A stretch of 64,000 nucleotides of DNA from Lama glama (GCA_028534125.1 CM052816.1:86554001-86618000), one strand, 5' to 3'; positions 13,448 through 27,944 are shown, counted from the first letter of the stretch. The notes: a model not told the origin generated them from the letters alone. Program-made: numbers and translations.

Positions 13448-14981
13448 TCAATACACTGCAAAAATTGGTCTATGTGACATTTATGGTGGGCTCTAAATCA
13501 TTAGGGCATGTTAACTCCATTCACAGATCTTAGTGACCTCAATAAATAGACAGTCCTCTTTAAAGTGTGTATTGATTCAAGAATGTATAGCTTGAAATTT
13601 AAGAATTTAGCTTGAAATTATTCATTCAGAAACACCAAAATTCTGAAAGCTATTTTTGCCTCAGGATCCTATCACCCAATATTACATTGCTACAATATGC
13701 TCCTCTATCCAAAAGAAAGACATTTTTTAAAAAAACTTTCCACTATTTTTCATCATTTGAATCTTCTTCTGTCTTAGGACAAAAAGGAAGGGCAGAGTTA
13801 TTTTTGGTGACATGAATAGGATCACCTGTCAATTTTTCATGTTTGCAGAGTACAGAGCACTAAAGATAATGAGTTTTATTTAGAATGTAAGCAATCACAG
13901 AGACACCAAATTTATACTTGGCCTTCAAGTATTCCTATCAAGTATGCCAAAGGGACCTGTGATTTAAAACTTTCTGAGGAATTTGTAAAGAAAGGGAACT
14001 ATTCTGGATATTCTTAAAGTAAATTCAAAGCCTAAAGAAATAAAGCTTACTTTATGGAGGCAGTAGAGCGAGTCAATATTGTGTAACCTTTAGAAATGTG
14101 TACTGGGGGACCATAACAGCTTGCTTTATTTATGGAAATAACAGACTCATAGTGGTCCCTTAATTATTCTGTTGCATTCCATTTTCTACTTTGTAAGTGG
14201 ACCAGTGAGAAGTCCCGTGATGTCCAGTTATGGCAGCTGCAAGAGAAAGAAAAAACAATGGACACAGAAAATGGAAGAATGTGCAAATTACAGGAAAAAA
14301 GAAAGAAACAGAAGGGAATGAATAGAAAAGAACTAGAGAAGAATGTAAATGGAGAAAAAAAAAATGTTAGTGGTCACGGGTATAAGTGCTCACACTATCC
14401 CCTTCCTGCTCTGATGATGCTTCTGATTGGGCCTAAATATGGTGTCAGAATCATGGGAAGTACTCCAGACAGCCCTCTTGATTACTCAAGATTAGATAAA
14501 TCCTATTTATCACTCTGGGTTTAAAGGTTTTCTTCCCCCTCTTCTTAAAAAATTAATGTCTTATTAAGTGATTCTCCTAGTATGTCTAAATAACATTTGG
14601 AACATTTAGGAAATTGCTGTTTAAATGATACTTTTTGCTTTTTTAAAAAACAGATATGATGTCATGGGTATGCATTTTCAATCTCATGGTGATCTTCCTT
14701 TTCTTCTAATATTCCTGGGAATATACAGAGATACATTTTTCAAATCATTTCTGGTACAGCTTCCAAATGAAGAGGGTTTGACAATTATTAAAGGAGTTTA
14801 CAAGCAAGCCCAACACAGTAGACAATGTCACATTCTTAAGTAGGACTTCTTTCCTATTGGTGTCTCTTCATGGAAGGTTAGCCTTAAAAATTACCTTCCT
14901 GTAGGTCTAAAGAAGTTCCTGGAAATCATTATTTTCTGTTTGTTTTTGTTGAAATTACATTTCTAGTACATTCTAATAATT

Positions 14982-15295
14982 CCCTGTCAATTCTTTCTTT
15001 GAACTCTTGGGGCCACAAATGTTTCAGAATGCAGATTGTTTTAGAATTTTAACATATAAGTGACATGTATATCACACATGCATCAAGACCCAGGGCTGTT
15101 CTCTGGAATCGGATATCTCCCATTGCTGAAAACATATGAACAGTCACACCACGCGGGCTAATTGATACCCATTCAGGACCAGTTTTGCTGCCAAATGAAC
15201 TTGCACAAAACCTTGAACAATAACAACAACTACAACTTTTCAGTTTTCAAAGCTTTCAAGGTTTTGGAATTACTGACAGGATATTGAGAGATGTA
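14982..15295 (+). mobile_element. MER46C-like Tigger MITE
   Basis: cttggggccacaaatgtttcagaat...aaacatatgaacagtcacac...ttttgctgccaaatga...ttttcaaagctt...ttggaatt matches the recalled MER46C. Confidence 0.7.
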
Positions 15296-16328
15296 TTATT
15301 AAAAAGGAGGTTTAAACTTTATTAAACTCTCTCCTTTCTTAGTATTAAAAGTGATCTTTGATCATTCAAACTTAAACATTCTCTGTAATCTGAGTATATA
15401 GGCATTTTAAATTCCTTCATGAATTTTACTTTATATATTAAAAAAATGTTAGCATCTAGACAAAGGTGTCAGGTTATTTTTCTCAACTACACTGAATATA
15501 ATGGGTCAAAATTTACTGTTGTTTATTGTCTTTTTTCCCCTTAACAGAGTAAGTTTTTACTTAAATTCTATATAAAGTAATGCAATTCAACAAAGCCATC
15601 TAAGTTTTCTACAGTATGCTGAATCTTGGGTTTTTTTTAAAAAAACATATATTCAAGAAATAAATGTGTTGCCAAGAAGAAAGGTGATACTGAACTGAAG
15701 AACCAATATTTTGGCAAAGCATCATTACCCATAGGAATCTCATTAATGCTTTGGCACAAAAATTGGGTAAACAACATGTGGTTTAGCAAATCTATTTAGC
15801 CCCCAGGGAAGGACTTAAGCATAGGGAGAACAATATGGAACATCAGCTTTTACTGTGTTTCCCAAATGGTCATTGCTATTTTATGGAGATGAGGACACAG
15901 GTAGGATTACAAAGTCTCCCATGTAATACAATCTCAAGTGCGCAGGCATTTCAACATCGAGCGATTTCGTATCACCACGACTAACATCCACTCACCCTCA
16001 CACAGCAGTCCACGCATGAAACAGTATATTATCAACATTTTTTCACATTTTAAAATGTATTTTTCATATTTTCTTTTTATGAATTCACTCTAAGCATTAC
16101 TTTCCTAATTAAGATCTAATATTTTCTTTGCCGGTGGCAATGCAGTAGGATAATGTGCAGAGGCACTGCTGGCATGTACTTGTTTCTTTTAGAAATGCAT
16201 AAAAGCACCCCTCTGGATGGAGGAAGGAGGTGATGGCTCCACACAGAGCACAGGCAAATTTTCAGCCATCACTTGCTTCTTGGCTGAAAAATGCCACGGG
16301 AGCTGCATATAAGCAATTCTAAGTAAAA

Positions 16329-16368
16329 ACTCTCTCTCTATATATATATATACATATATATATATATG
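16329..16368. repeat. (TC)n(TA)n compound microsatellite
   Basis: ctctctctctatatatatatatacatatatatatatatg. Confidence 0.9.
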
Positions 16369-16601
16369 TACACTTGGTGTGTGTACAAATAATTAATGAA
16401 TGAGTTTTTTTGTAGATGTCTGATTTTATTGCTCGTAAATGACTTCTGCAAACCACTAACCTCAAACTCCTTTGAAATAAGATAAAAATGCCCTCGCTAC
16501 AATGTTTTGGTATGTGTCTCTCAATTTACAGTAGTTTTTGCTACCCCATCACAGCTTTATGTTGAAATAAATGAAGACCTCCCAGATGAGAGCAAACAGA
16601 G

Positions 16602-17101
16602 NNNNNNNNNNNNNNNNNNNNNNNNNNNNNNNNNNNNNNNNNNNNNNNNNNNNNNNNNNNNNNNNNNNNNNNNNNNNNNNNNNNNNNNNNNNNNNNNNNN
16701 NNNNNNNNNNNNNNNNNNNNNNNNNNNNNNNNNNNNNNNNNNNNNNNNNNNNNNNNNNNNNNNNNNNNNNNNNNNNNNNNNNNNNNNNNNNNNNNNNNNN
16801 NNNNNNNNNNNNNNNNNNNNNNNNNNNNNNNNNNNNNNNNNNNNNNNNNNNNNNNNNNNNNNNNNNNNNNNNNNNNNNNNNNNNNNNNNNNNNNNNNNNN
16901 NNNNNNNNNNNNNNNNNNNNNNNNNNNNNNNNNNNNNNNNNNNNNNNNNNNNNNNNNNNNNNNNNNNNNNNNNNNNNNNNNNNNNNNNNNNNNNNNNNNN
17001 NNNNNNNNNNNNNNNNNNNNNNNNNNNNNNNNNNNNNNNNNNNNNNNNNNNNNNNNNNNNNNNNNNNNNNNNNNNNNNNNNNNNNNNNNNNNNNNNNNNN
17101 N
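16602..17101. other. Assembly gap (500 N)
   Basis: Run of N. Confidence 1.
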
Positions 17102-18036
17102 TTGAAGTAAATGGGAAATGAAGCTCTAGGTAATCCCGGACTGGGCCATCCCCCTTTTATTTACCATCATTTCTGTATCACATGGAATGTTTTGCATCAT
17201 AAATGTTCAATAAATACACAATGTGGGAATGAATATCTGAAAACTACTGTTTCGTTAACATTCAAAGAGTCTTAACCAATCCCTTCCACTCCCCCACCCC
17301 CTGCCTACCCCTCCCCACCACGACACTCACACATGTCCTGCATAAACTATTCAGGGCTATAATGATCTGTTGGTAAACTTGATTTGATAAGAGAAAGCAT
17401 ATAATTTCTATGTTAAAAAGAACATACTGATTTGGTGGGGGGGATTTTAATAATCTTGCCTTTCTGAATTTTATTCTTTCAGAATAAACTTCATCCTTTC
17501 TGCATTTCATTTTTCTTGGTTATCTGTTTTCTTTATTTAATCTTCAAGGTAGTAAATCTTTAATGTATTGAGTTTATTATTTCTGTATCAGAGATTTTTC
17601 TAAACTTCTCTTTCATTCAACATTTTGACAACTTATGTGTCAAACCCTGTACAGGGTAGTGTAAGTAACCAGAATGACTCTAACCTTTAACCTCATGGAG
17701 AGCTCCATTTTCATGTTTCAATTTCCTTTTAGGACATAATTTAAAACATACAAACTTCTCATATACCCACAGAATGCCATGTTTTCTCACATATTCTTGG
17801 TGTCACTTTTGGCCTAATTGGAGCAAACTTGTGGTTGTTTTAGTTTACTGTTGGTATTTTTGTCTATTTATTAGCATTGCAAACTTGATGTAACAAAAGT
17901 ATGCTCAACAATTAGTCATCACTTGTCTTTAGAAAATTTGGGTTGCGAGTAGTTCAGTCACACAAATATATTTTGAGACGAAGGGCACAAGGTACAAACA
18001 GCCTCTTAAAATATCTCAACAAAAATATTTCTGAAT

Positions 18037-18740
18037 TGCTGTGGTGATTTTAACACAGGTTTACAAATTCTTCACTGCTCTTCCCTCCAGGAGGTGGGCT
18101 TAATTGTCTTCCCTTTGAGTGTAGGATGGGACTTATTAAATCCCTCCTAATGAACAAAGGGGGCAATTTAAAAAAAAAATACAAGTTTTCAGTAGAGAAA
18201 TCTGGCAGACACCACTGTAACCAAGTGATCAAGGTTAATATCACCAGATGACATTGAAAGGGAGTACCATCTACCTCCCGATAGGATGTAATCAGAAGGG
18301 TACGTCACCTCTCTGGCATTGTCTCCAGTGTTCACAACATTGTCTAACTGTGAGAAAGTATCAGACAAAACCAAACTGAAAGTCATTCTAGAAAATGCTG
18401 GACTAGTGCCCACAAGATTTCAAGAACATGAAAAACAAGGAAAGACTGAAAAATGTCATAGATATAAGATTTCTAAGGACATTGTGACAACTAAATGCAA
18501 CATAATATTCTGGACTACAACTTGAAACAGAAAAAAAGGACATTAGTGCCAAAACTGGAGAAATATGAATGAAGTCTTTAGTTTAGTTAATCTTACTATA
18601 TCAAAGTTAATTTCTTAGTTTTGACAAATGTGCCATGGTGAGATAAGATGTCGACCTCAGGGGAAGCAGGGCGAGGTATGTGCAGGGGTCTCTGATGAAC
18701 ACTGACCAATTCCATAAAGATTCTTTTGTATTTTTAAAAA
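18037..18740 (+). mobile_element. L1MC/L1MD 3'UTR fragment
   Basis: gagaaatctggcagacacc...aaccaagtgatcaaggttaatatcacca...acaactaaatgcaa...gttaatttcttagttttgacaaatgtgccatgg. Confidence 0.8.
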
Positions 18741-19129
18741 AATCAACCAGTCTTCCAATTGCCTTTTGCTCCCATGCTAATGCCAACTTCGTTTTAAATT
18801 TTCTTATTTCTGTTTTAGGTACAATGTAAACATTAGGAAATAAAAGGAGTAGTCTACCATCTGACAAAAGCAAGAATCTGGAATTTGTGATAAACTGATA
18901 CTTTCCATCTTGCCTTTCTGTGGATGAAAGAGCATCTATCTACGTGTCTAAAGACTGAGAATCTGGGCCCAGATAGATTGCTTACAAGTATGTGACGATA
19001 TAATTATTTAACTTTTTTAGAATTCAAATTTCTTAATTCTAAAAAAATTCTAAAAAAATCTGAATATGCAATTATGCTTATTTAAACTTAAGGGATAACA
19101 ATTCTGCCAAAGATAGTTTTAGAAATTAG

Positions 19130-20590
19130 CTATATTACAAAAAAAAATTAATGAGAGTTTAGCAAAGTTACTAGGTACAAATGAGTACTGAAAACAAATG
19201 ACATATATATACAATAGCAAAGGATTTAAAATTTTATTTTTAAATATTACGTATAATAGGAACAAAAAGAGTACATAGAAAAAAATTTTTTTTACCCAAT
19301 AACTGGGTAATAAATTTCATGCAAATCCTAAATAAATAAACCACCATTTTCATGGAACTTCACAATCTGATTCTAAAAGTTACATAAAGAGTGAAAGCAA
19401 AGACTTGCTCAAAATGTTTTGAATAATAACTAGGTGAGCGAACTTGCCCTGCCAGGTGTCCAGAATTATTATAAAGTTAGAGTAATTAAGAACTTTTTTG
19501 TAACAACGCACAAAATAGTAAATACACAAGTATACAGAGTAAAGGCCCATAAAAGAAACCTGTGTTTACAAAAACTGATGTATGATAGATGTCGCATTTA
19601 GGTTACTTAGAGAATGCATTCCCTGCATGAAAACATCTAGCAGTCCCATCACTGGTGTGTATTTGGAACAAAATGGGACACTTATACACAGCTAATATGG
19701 AGATGAATTGCTATAACCCTTTAGGAAAACACTGAGGCACTCTGTTGCAGTGTTGAACATTTCCATGCCCTACAACCCAGTGCACCATTCCCAGATGTGC
19801 ACGAGGACCAGCAGACATTACAAGGCTGTTCACAGCAACATTGTTCAAAATAACAAGAGGATGAGTCGAGCAGGGAAAGGGAATGGATTTTAGCTACAAC
19901 ATGAATACTAGAAACTAATGTTGAGGAGAAAAGAATGGGAGAGCAGAAAAACATTTAGCATAATAGTTGCACAAGGGAGGGGAGGCCATGTTAGCGAATT
20001 TACCCTGAAAGAACAATCACTTAATAAAACAAAGGTTTATTTCTTCTTGTACAGAGTCCTATGTGAGTCAAGCAATGCATTAGAGCACCTCTTCTCCATG
20101 CAGTGGCTCAGAAATGTCAGTTGTTTCCAATTTATGGATTTATCATTCAAAATGTGGTCTTCATTATTGCCATTGTTTACAACCTGCTTTTCTATGCTCT
20201 GCTCTGAAAGGGACACATGTCCTTCAGCCATTAGTCAGAAACAGTCAAGGGGTATGAGGGAATGTGGGAAATAATAGATGGATCTATCTCAACAGCATTT
20301 TAACAAGATCAACAGCAACAACAATGTACTCTTTAGGAATAACTAAATATGGGATGCAATTATAAGAATCAAAGAAAAGATAAAAAATAGAAATAGTGAC
20401 TATATTAAGTAAGAAACAGAACAACATAACACATGGGGATCAGGAAGGAGAAGACAGAATTTTAGTAATGTTTTATATTAGAATTCATGTTACTGGGTCA
20501 GGATATCATTTTGTTATAAATCATTCTAATATAGCTTACATTAAGATTTCACACTTTCTCTTTCATGGATAAAAAGTTTTATAATAAAAA
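19130..20590 (+). mobile_element. Decayed L1ME ORF2 3' end/3'UTR with a nested MLT1K/L-like LTR fragment (~19970-20275)
   Basis: gagtttagcaaagttactaggtacaa, ctgattctaaaagttacata and cttgccctgccag are L1 ORF2 phrases; the insert has aaaggtttatttc...cagtggctcag...gggacacatgtcc. Confidence 0.55.
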
Positions 20591-23117
20591 GAAAGAATAT
20601 CCATAATGTGGATATTTTAAATTTTTTAAGAAATGGACATTTCTTCATTAGAAGAAATATACAAGAGAGGCACTTATGTGACATTAAGGCATGAAATGAC
20701 TCTTTGGTGGAAACCTATAAATTCCTTTCATGTTGTAAATTTTTAATATCTTTTTCTTGACTATGTCTCTCCCTTCTTCTCCTGAGTTATTAAACATATT
20801 AAATAGCATAAAATTAAACTTTATGTTACCCCTAAGTAATGGCAAATCAGTTCTAAGATTGATTTTGATAATCCACAAAAGTTGAGATTTGAAATATTTT
20901 ATTCATGCTCTAAAAATTAGCTGGACTAAAGCTACATACATAAAAGTGTCCAGAAATTCAATGCTGTAGCCAGATCTGGCCTTCGGGAGAATCCAAAGAA
21001 AATTGCATTCTCAGAGGTTTCCCATCTAAACCTTTATTTCAGAGCCCCAAAGCACAAAACCTGGCCTCATGATTTATCAATAACTTCCTTCTAAGCAGTT
21101 CATTCCTTTCTTCTTACCTTATAAGCTATTGACTGATAACAGTTTGGTGACGTCAACCCCTGGTGACCTTCTGCTCTTTGGGGAAGACACATATCTGTCT
21201 GCTGTTGTTATATACTAAAGGCAAATTTTGCACAGCCAATATAATCTTTTAGAGTTTTTCCTAAGATTTTGGAACTCACTGGGACCTGACTTGCATATTA
21301 ATGAGCTTGCAAAATGGAGGAAGTGACAAGAACGTACTTCGTATTAGAACTCTTGTCAAGACAAAAAGCATGAGATATGAATGAAGAGAAAGCTTCTGTG
21401 GGGTGCTATCTCCTGCAAGAATTTTCCCACTTTCTGACACTCATGTCCTGCCCAAGTGACTCCATCTGTGTGAGGAGTGGAGATACTCAGTTCAGGCAAA
21501 ACAAAGAGATCTGCCTCTGAAAGGATGCTATCCCCTGTCCTGTGAAATTCAAGGATCCGATTTTTTTTGAACGGGTCGATGGAAATTCCTGCAATCCCCA
21601 AAGGCACCCTCTTTCTTGGTCCCCAAGAAAGCATTGCAACTATTTTGCCACAACAAAAATCAAAGAATTATTTTTGGATATTCCTCCAAGAGGAAAAAAA
21701 ATACAATAAAATTGGAGAATAAATTTTAAGAAAGGTATAATGATCAGAGAATTGCTTCTGTCGCTGACTCTGTTAAATAACCTTGCACTATCTATTTCTA
21801 TACACATAAGTGTATCTCATGAATACAGCCCTTCTGACATTAACGAAAAAGTGACTATTGCAGATACTCGTGAAAAATCTAATGGTTTAAAAAACTCATT
21901 AAAAATATCTACATAAAACAATAAATAATATTTTTTCTGAAGATGGGGGACGATGCATCATAGTTTCACTAAGAAATAATCAGCTCCTCACAGTTAACAG
22001 AAAAACGTGTGCTTTTGAGCAAGACATATTATTTCTGAAGTATTGCCTCAATGTATTTATTGTTGGAGCACTTGGCATATCTTAAAACCCTGTGGCTACT
22101 GGGCTTTTAATCAACACTTCTTTAACAGAATATGTACTAAAAAAAGCATCAATCAATTTGTAAATAAAAGAAGAATCAATGTCGGAAGAGAAGTAACTAG
22201 AGATAAAAAATTCAATGCTCCCATTAGGTTTTGTAGTGTTTTATGTTACTGTATTTTTCTTCATTCATAGAATGAATAAAATAGAATAAAGTTTTATTTT
22301 AGGTTTAATATTAAAACACAGAAAGTAATTTAAATTTTAAGATGACTTTTTTATTAATAAGAATTAAATAAAATAATTTACTTCTCTTATAAAATAACTA
22401 TATTTTTGACAAACTATGCATATATTATTTATTATTTTTAATAAACTTTCAGTTTTACTATCCACAGATCGTAGGAATATCTGCTGCTAATGATAGATAC
22501 ATGTTTGTGTGAGTTTAACTAAACATTTAATGAGCTAGAAGTAATTTCTGTTTTCTGTACCTATGAATGCTTACTTCTGACTTGCAACTACAGGCAAGAG
22601 AACTAATCTCAAATGGTTTAAAGCAAGTAAATATACCAGCATTGAGCAAACGATCATATTTTCAAGAAGAATTACAGATTTCTAGCACTTGAAGGCCACT
22701 GTCAGTGGGTTTGCTCTCTAATATCATCACACTTACACATCTGTCTACAATCACACAAACACCCATGTAATTCTGAAACTATACTTTTCACAGGAGTTAC
22801 TGGACAGGAGCCTGACTACCTTGTGATCACGTGACAAATGCCCCTGGGAAGACACTGATTTCTGCTAATTATAAATTTAATTGTTGATTTGGGTTTGTTA
22901 GCTAAGATGCTTCCAAAAGGTGCTTTGCATTTTTTTTATTTATAATTATTGTACATGAAGACTATTGTCAGGCAACACACACTCATTATCAATTTTAGAA
23001 TTTATTTTTCCTTTAAATTTTATGTGTCAAACAATATACCACTGAAGTCTTTGGATTTTGGTAAATATGTGATATTGAACTACAGCTATAGAGTGTTTCA
23101 GTGATACTTCACTAAAA

Positions 23118-23335
23118 AGGGGGTCTGGGTATTTTTCTTTAAGGCATCAGCTAGTATTTTATTCTTTGAGGTTCACATATGTTCCCTGGAGCAACTAATT
23201 AACTCTGCCATTGTGGACGAAAGCAGCTATAGACAATCTGTAAATGATGAGCATAGATGTATTTCAATAAACATTTATTTATAAAAACAGACAGCTCACT
23301 GGATTTGGCCCACAGGCCATAATTCCAACCTCCTC
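23118..23335 (+). mobile_element. MER58A hAT-Charlie MITE
   Basis: aactctgccattgtgg..aaagcagctatagacaat...caataaacatttatttataaaaacag...ggatttggcccacaggcc. Confidence 0.8.
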
Positions 23336-23639
23336 ATTAAAATTTAAGTTTCACAAAGATAAAGAATGTTTTATTAAGCTTTTTAATAAGCTCTTTGAAG
23401 CAGATATGCACATAATCACTCATATCTTCCTCCCATACATTTAACATGAGTGTATTTCATTAATTTTGTCCTCCAATGATTACTTTTCTTGTCATATGAG
23501 AATCAACAAGATAGCAAGTCATTTCATTCTAAGGCGTTATAAATAAGTTTTGTTTTATGTGTTTATAGTTTGGCCATTACTCTAAGAAAATATTTTATTG
23601 GTATTATTATATTTTAATTATCTTGAAGTAACAGAGTGA

Positions 23640-25250
23640 TAATGAAATATACAATATGATGAAACAAACAATCTGAAATGTAACAAAATCAATACAGAAA
23701 GAAGAAATTTTAAAACAATAATATCACTGATAAAGAGAAGATTTTGTAACAAAGCAAGGTCAGGATGCTGTTATAAAATTTGAAAACAGAGAGAAGAAAA
23801 AAAATCTCAAAATTAAAGAAGAAAAGTTACCAGAATAAAAATTCAATAGAATTTTGATAAAGATAGTACAGAGGAAAGGATAATGAAACTGAGAAAAGAA
23901 AAGTAAAAATAAAAATGGGAAAGAATAGGGAATAATATCTAAGAATAGTAGGAGACCTGTACAAAAATCCTAACATTCAGGATATCAACATTCCAGAAAC
24001 AAACCAAACATGTTGCAAGGAAGAAACTTTTGATAAAATTAAAAAAAAAAAAGATTCCCAGAAATGAAAGGGTTTTCTGAGTTAAAAAGCTCAATGAAGA
24101 ATAAATGGATGGAATTAGGTCCAACAAAGGCACATTCTTTTTGGAGAAAGAGTTAAATGAATGGAGTTTATTAGGAAAACTTACAAGACAAAGACCCACA
24201 AGGACATGTGCAGAGTCCTCAATTCTCTTATCCAATAAAGGAGCCAGGACAAGGTATGCTCAGAGATACACAGCGGATTTGTATTTCAGAAAAGGGATAC
24301 TATTCTTGTGTTGTTTACCTTTTTTATAAAAGTCATACTGTTTTGAAAATTTAGAACACTATAGATAAGGACAAAATCCTGTAAGTTGCTAGAGCAAATG
24401 GACCATATTGACCATATTGAAAGGATCAAGAATTAGGATTGCTGCAGACTTTTCAGGGTAACACTGAAATCTAGAAGGCAGTTCAACAATTCACTAAATA
24501 TCATTAAAATTATTTCCAATCTCTTATTCTATACCCAGTCAAAAATCTAGCAAGGGTCAGGATAATATAAAGACATATTTTCCCAATGCACAAAGTTGGA
24601 AAACTTTCACTTACCAAAAATGATGGAATCAGAAATTTGAGGCAGAACATAAAACATCCACTACAGAAGATAAAAGTAATCCCCTGGAGTACAGAGAAAA
24701 AAGCTCTCATTCTTAGGGATGTACCAGTCCACAGTGAAGCAGATCATAAACTCTGGGAGTGATATCTCTAAGAACATAAATTAATACAATAGTTGAAATT
24801 TTCAGTTGTCTTGGGAGGATAAATGGATATGTGGGTATTAGTGAGGTTGGAATAGTGGTAAGTACAGAGCAAACAAAGTGAGCAAATAACAAATATTCTA
24901 TAGAGAAAATAAAACTACATACATAAAAGGAAAATTATGATTGGAAACATGGCTCAATTAAATTTAGTCAAAAATTTAAAATGAATATTGATTTTAAATT
25001 ATGATGTAAATACTGAGAGCAGGAGACAATAACAGGAGTGTTCACATGTGATGTCTGTGGAGACATAACAGAACCAAATGCTCATTTCCATATTGGGACA
25101 TCAATTCATAATGCCTAAATTTGAAAAATCAAAATGAACTTGGTACTTAGAGGTATGATCATAAATACACAAAATATTAGATAAACTAGTTGGAAATGTC
25201 CATCTATAAGAGTAAGTATGGGATTGGCAAAAAAAAAGTTACTTTTTCCC
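23640..25250 (+). mobile_element. HAL1-like (ORF1-only L1 relative) remnant
   Basis: aaggatcaagaattaggattgctgcagacttttc...aacactgaaatctagaaggcag...attctatacccagtcaaaa resembles the HAL1/L1 ORF1 C-terminal region; boundaries approximate. Confidence 0.6.
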
Positions 25251-25312
25251 TTAAATAATTTGATTAAGAAATAACACAAAAACAACTTAAAAAATTAGGA
25301 AATGAATGGTAA

Positions 25313-25330
25313 TGTGTGTGTGTGTGTGTG
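25313..25330. repeat. (TG)n microsatellite
   Basis: tgtgtgtgtgtgtgtgtg. Confidence 0.9.
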
Positions 25331-25339
25331 AAGGAATAG

Positions 25340-26197
25340 AATTTTAAAAGGGAAGAGTATATTAATAACATTTTCAGGTAAATATGGATATTTTTCTTTG
25401 ATGTTATACCAATTCTTGTCAAGGCAGTTTCCTGAAGGTTAAATGTAATGTGGATTTTATAAAGCATTGCAACACTATTTTTCCCCCAATTTGTTATATT
25501 ACAATCCAGTGGCCTATCTTGTACTTTGAGAGTATCTTTTATTTATGCAAGATTTTGTAATAAAGATGCATTGTTTATTTGGAAGATGTTTGTTTATTGC
25601 ATTGTGCAAATTTTCCAAAATCAGACACATCTATTACGTGTATCTAAAATCACACTTTTAATTTTTCTTCTGATTTCATCAGAAAGCATGTGTCAGGAAG
25701 GTGTCAAGTTCAAAGCTACAGATACGAGTTTTCCAAATTCACAATTTTCTCTTGAAAGCTTGAATTTCATTATTGACATCAGATACTGTGCGATGATTTC
25801 TTTGAAATGACACCCTCATTGCATTCATGTTTGAGAAAATCTGCCAAAGAACCAAGCCTGAATAATCATAATTTTTTTATGAGACATCCTTTCAAATAAG
25901 AATGGCTTTTCTTTAAAAGAAGTTGATAGTTAAGCTTGCAACTGGCACAGCGGACTTTCCTTGAGATAGTCGTGCTGCCCCACTAGGCAGCAGAAGGCCA
26001 TATGCAAACCTCTTTACTTCCTCATGCAACATATTGGAAGTATGTGTATTCAAGTGTCAGGATTCAATACTATTAGTCATTTTTAGGGCTTTATCAAGAA
26101 CAGTTTTAAGTGAAATAATTTTTTTAAACTGAGTGAGTAGTGATGAAGAAGTCAATGACTACTAGCGCAGTTTGGTACCACACTGAGAACCACTAGC
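25340..26197 (-). mobile_element. Charlie1/Charlie5-like hAT transposon fragment
   Basis: Minus strand 25996-25955 translates LLLPSGAARLSQGK, a decayed form of the hAT transposase motif LLLHTEVRWLSRGK; the right end ccacactgagaaccact resembles a Charlie TIR. Confidence 0.8.
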
Positions 26198-27944
26198 ATA
26201 AATCATACAGAACTGCTGAATAGTCTAATTATGTTTATAATTAATGTACAATTTTTGGCAGATTACTTTTAAATAAGTAGATATTATAGCATAAATATAA
26301 CATAAAATATATACATTTCTGGCTCTAACAATAAGACATGCCTTACTCTACTTACACACATTTACTCTAAAAAACCCAAAATGTTAAATAATACTTTGTT
26401 AGTTTGAGGAAGAAATATTTTATGACCTTCATTAACAATCAGTACACATATGAAGAAAATATTCTAGTTTCTTTTATAATATACATCAGAAAATATACAC
26501 ATATTCATGGCAAATTCTGGGCTAGATATTTTTATAGAAGAGTTTCTGTGAAGGATTTTACTAAAAGAATTATGATGATAAAAGGTAACTTTTAAATTTT
26601 ATCTTTTGCCTAATATAGGTAATGTAAAAATATCAAATGCCATGTTGCCTATGTTATTTTGAAATCTTTGAATAATATTTTTTCTCTTATGGTAGATTAA
26701 TTCCTAGTAAGAGTAAGTTGAGGGGCAAGTTAAAGGGGCAGTATTTTTTAAAAATTTTGAATGACTAAGACTACTTAAAAAAGTCCTTAGATATTTTTGT
26801 GTGCTTTACTATTTTTCTTGTAAGTATTGTATTTAAAAGTAGCAAGGAAAATTTTGAAAGAATTCTATGTTAATATATGTTACTTATATTAATCAGATTT
26901 CTAAACAACCTTTGAAGGACAAAGAATTATGGTCTATCTCAAACAGAAGTGATATTTTAAATTGGTTATCTAAACTCTAATTTAGGTGAAAGTTTTAATG
27001 CTTTATTTTTCATAACTGAAAATGTTTTTCTGTCTTTTTGTTATTTTCTAAATTCAGTTGCCTTCAATAGAAAATCAAATGTCTTATTTTTAAAAATATT
27101 TTTTTAAAATATTTATTTAAATAAATATATTTTTTAAAATATTTATTTATTTTTTAAAAACTTCTTTTACAATTAATACTAATAGTATTTAGTTGAAAAT
27201 TTCACAAATTAGTATAACTTTCCTTCAAATAGAAATATAATAACTATTAATTTTCTTAAATTTTAGGGTTAAGTGTACACAATCTTGTAAATATTTACAA
27301 ACGTAGAAGAGCAGAAAATATTTGCATTTCCTTAAAATTAGAATTGACGGCTGTAATACCTTCCAGATGACCATCTAACTCTCATGATGTAAACAACTTC
27401 CTGGACAGTTCATAAGCTGTAACAGTTTCAATTTTCTCCCAGCTGGACGACAACTTGCATAACAGCTGCTCTATCTTTGCCTAGGGGCCAAAAAGACCTG
27501 GATTTCAAAAGAGACAAACTAGCTAAGAGCAATGAATTGATGATGCAGTCATTTGAATTTGGACAGTTATTCACTTCCTTATTTAAATAAGCAGGTTAGG
27601 ATTCATGTTTTGTCATGAAAAGTTTACTTTTTACTTCAAAGCATTAATCTCATGGAAATTTAATATTGGGTAACTAGGAAACTATGCATTAAATATTTTT
27701 ATATATGAATTATGAGCTAACTTGACTTTTTAGGTCAACATGTACACATGCGCCAAAAATATTTTAAAGACGCTTGATCTTCTCTCTGGCAGAATCTCTT
27801 TCCCAAACGTTTGAATATTAACTTGATATAATATCAAACTTTTAGAGCTTTGGCCTGAACCATGGTGCTGGATAGGGGCAATGAGATGGGAAGAAGCAGA
27901 ATAGACTTAGGGAGACCCAGCTGGCATAGTTAATAAAGGGTCTC

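Noticed and set aside
16507..17121. Long ORFs of 179-204 aa
   Set aside because: Artefacts of translating through the N gap
27109..27128. 20-bp perfect palindrome ATATTTATTTAAATAAATAT
   Set aside because: Pure A/T low-complexity context makes it unremarkable
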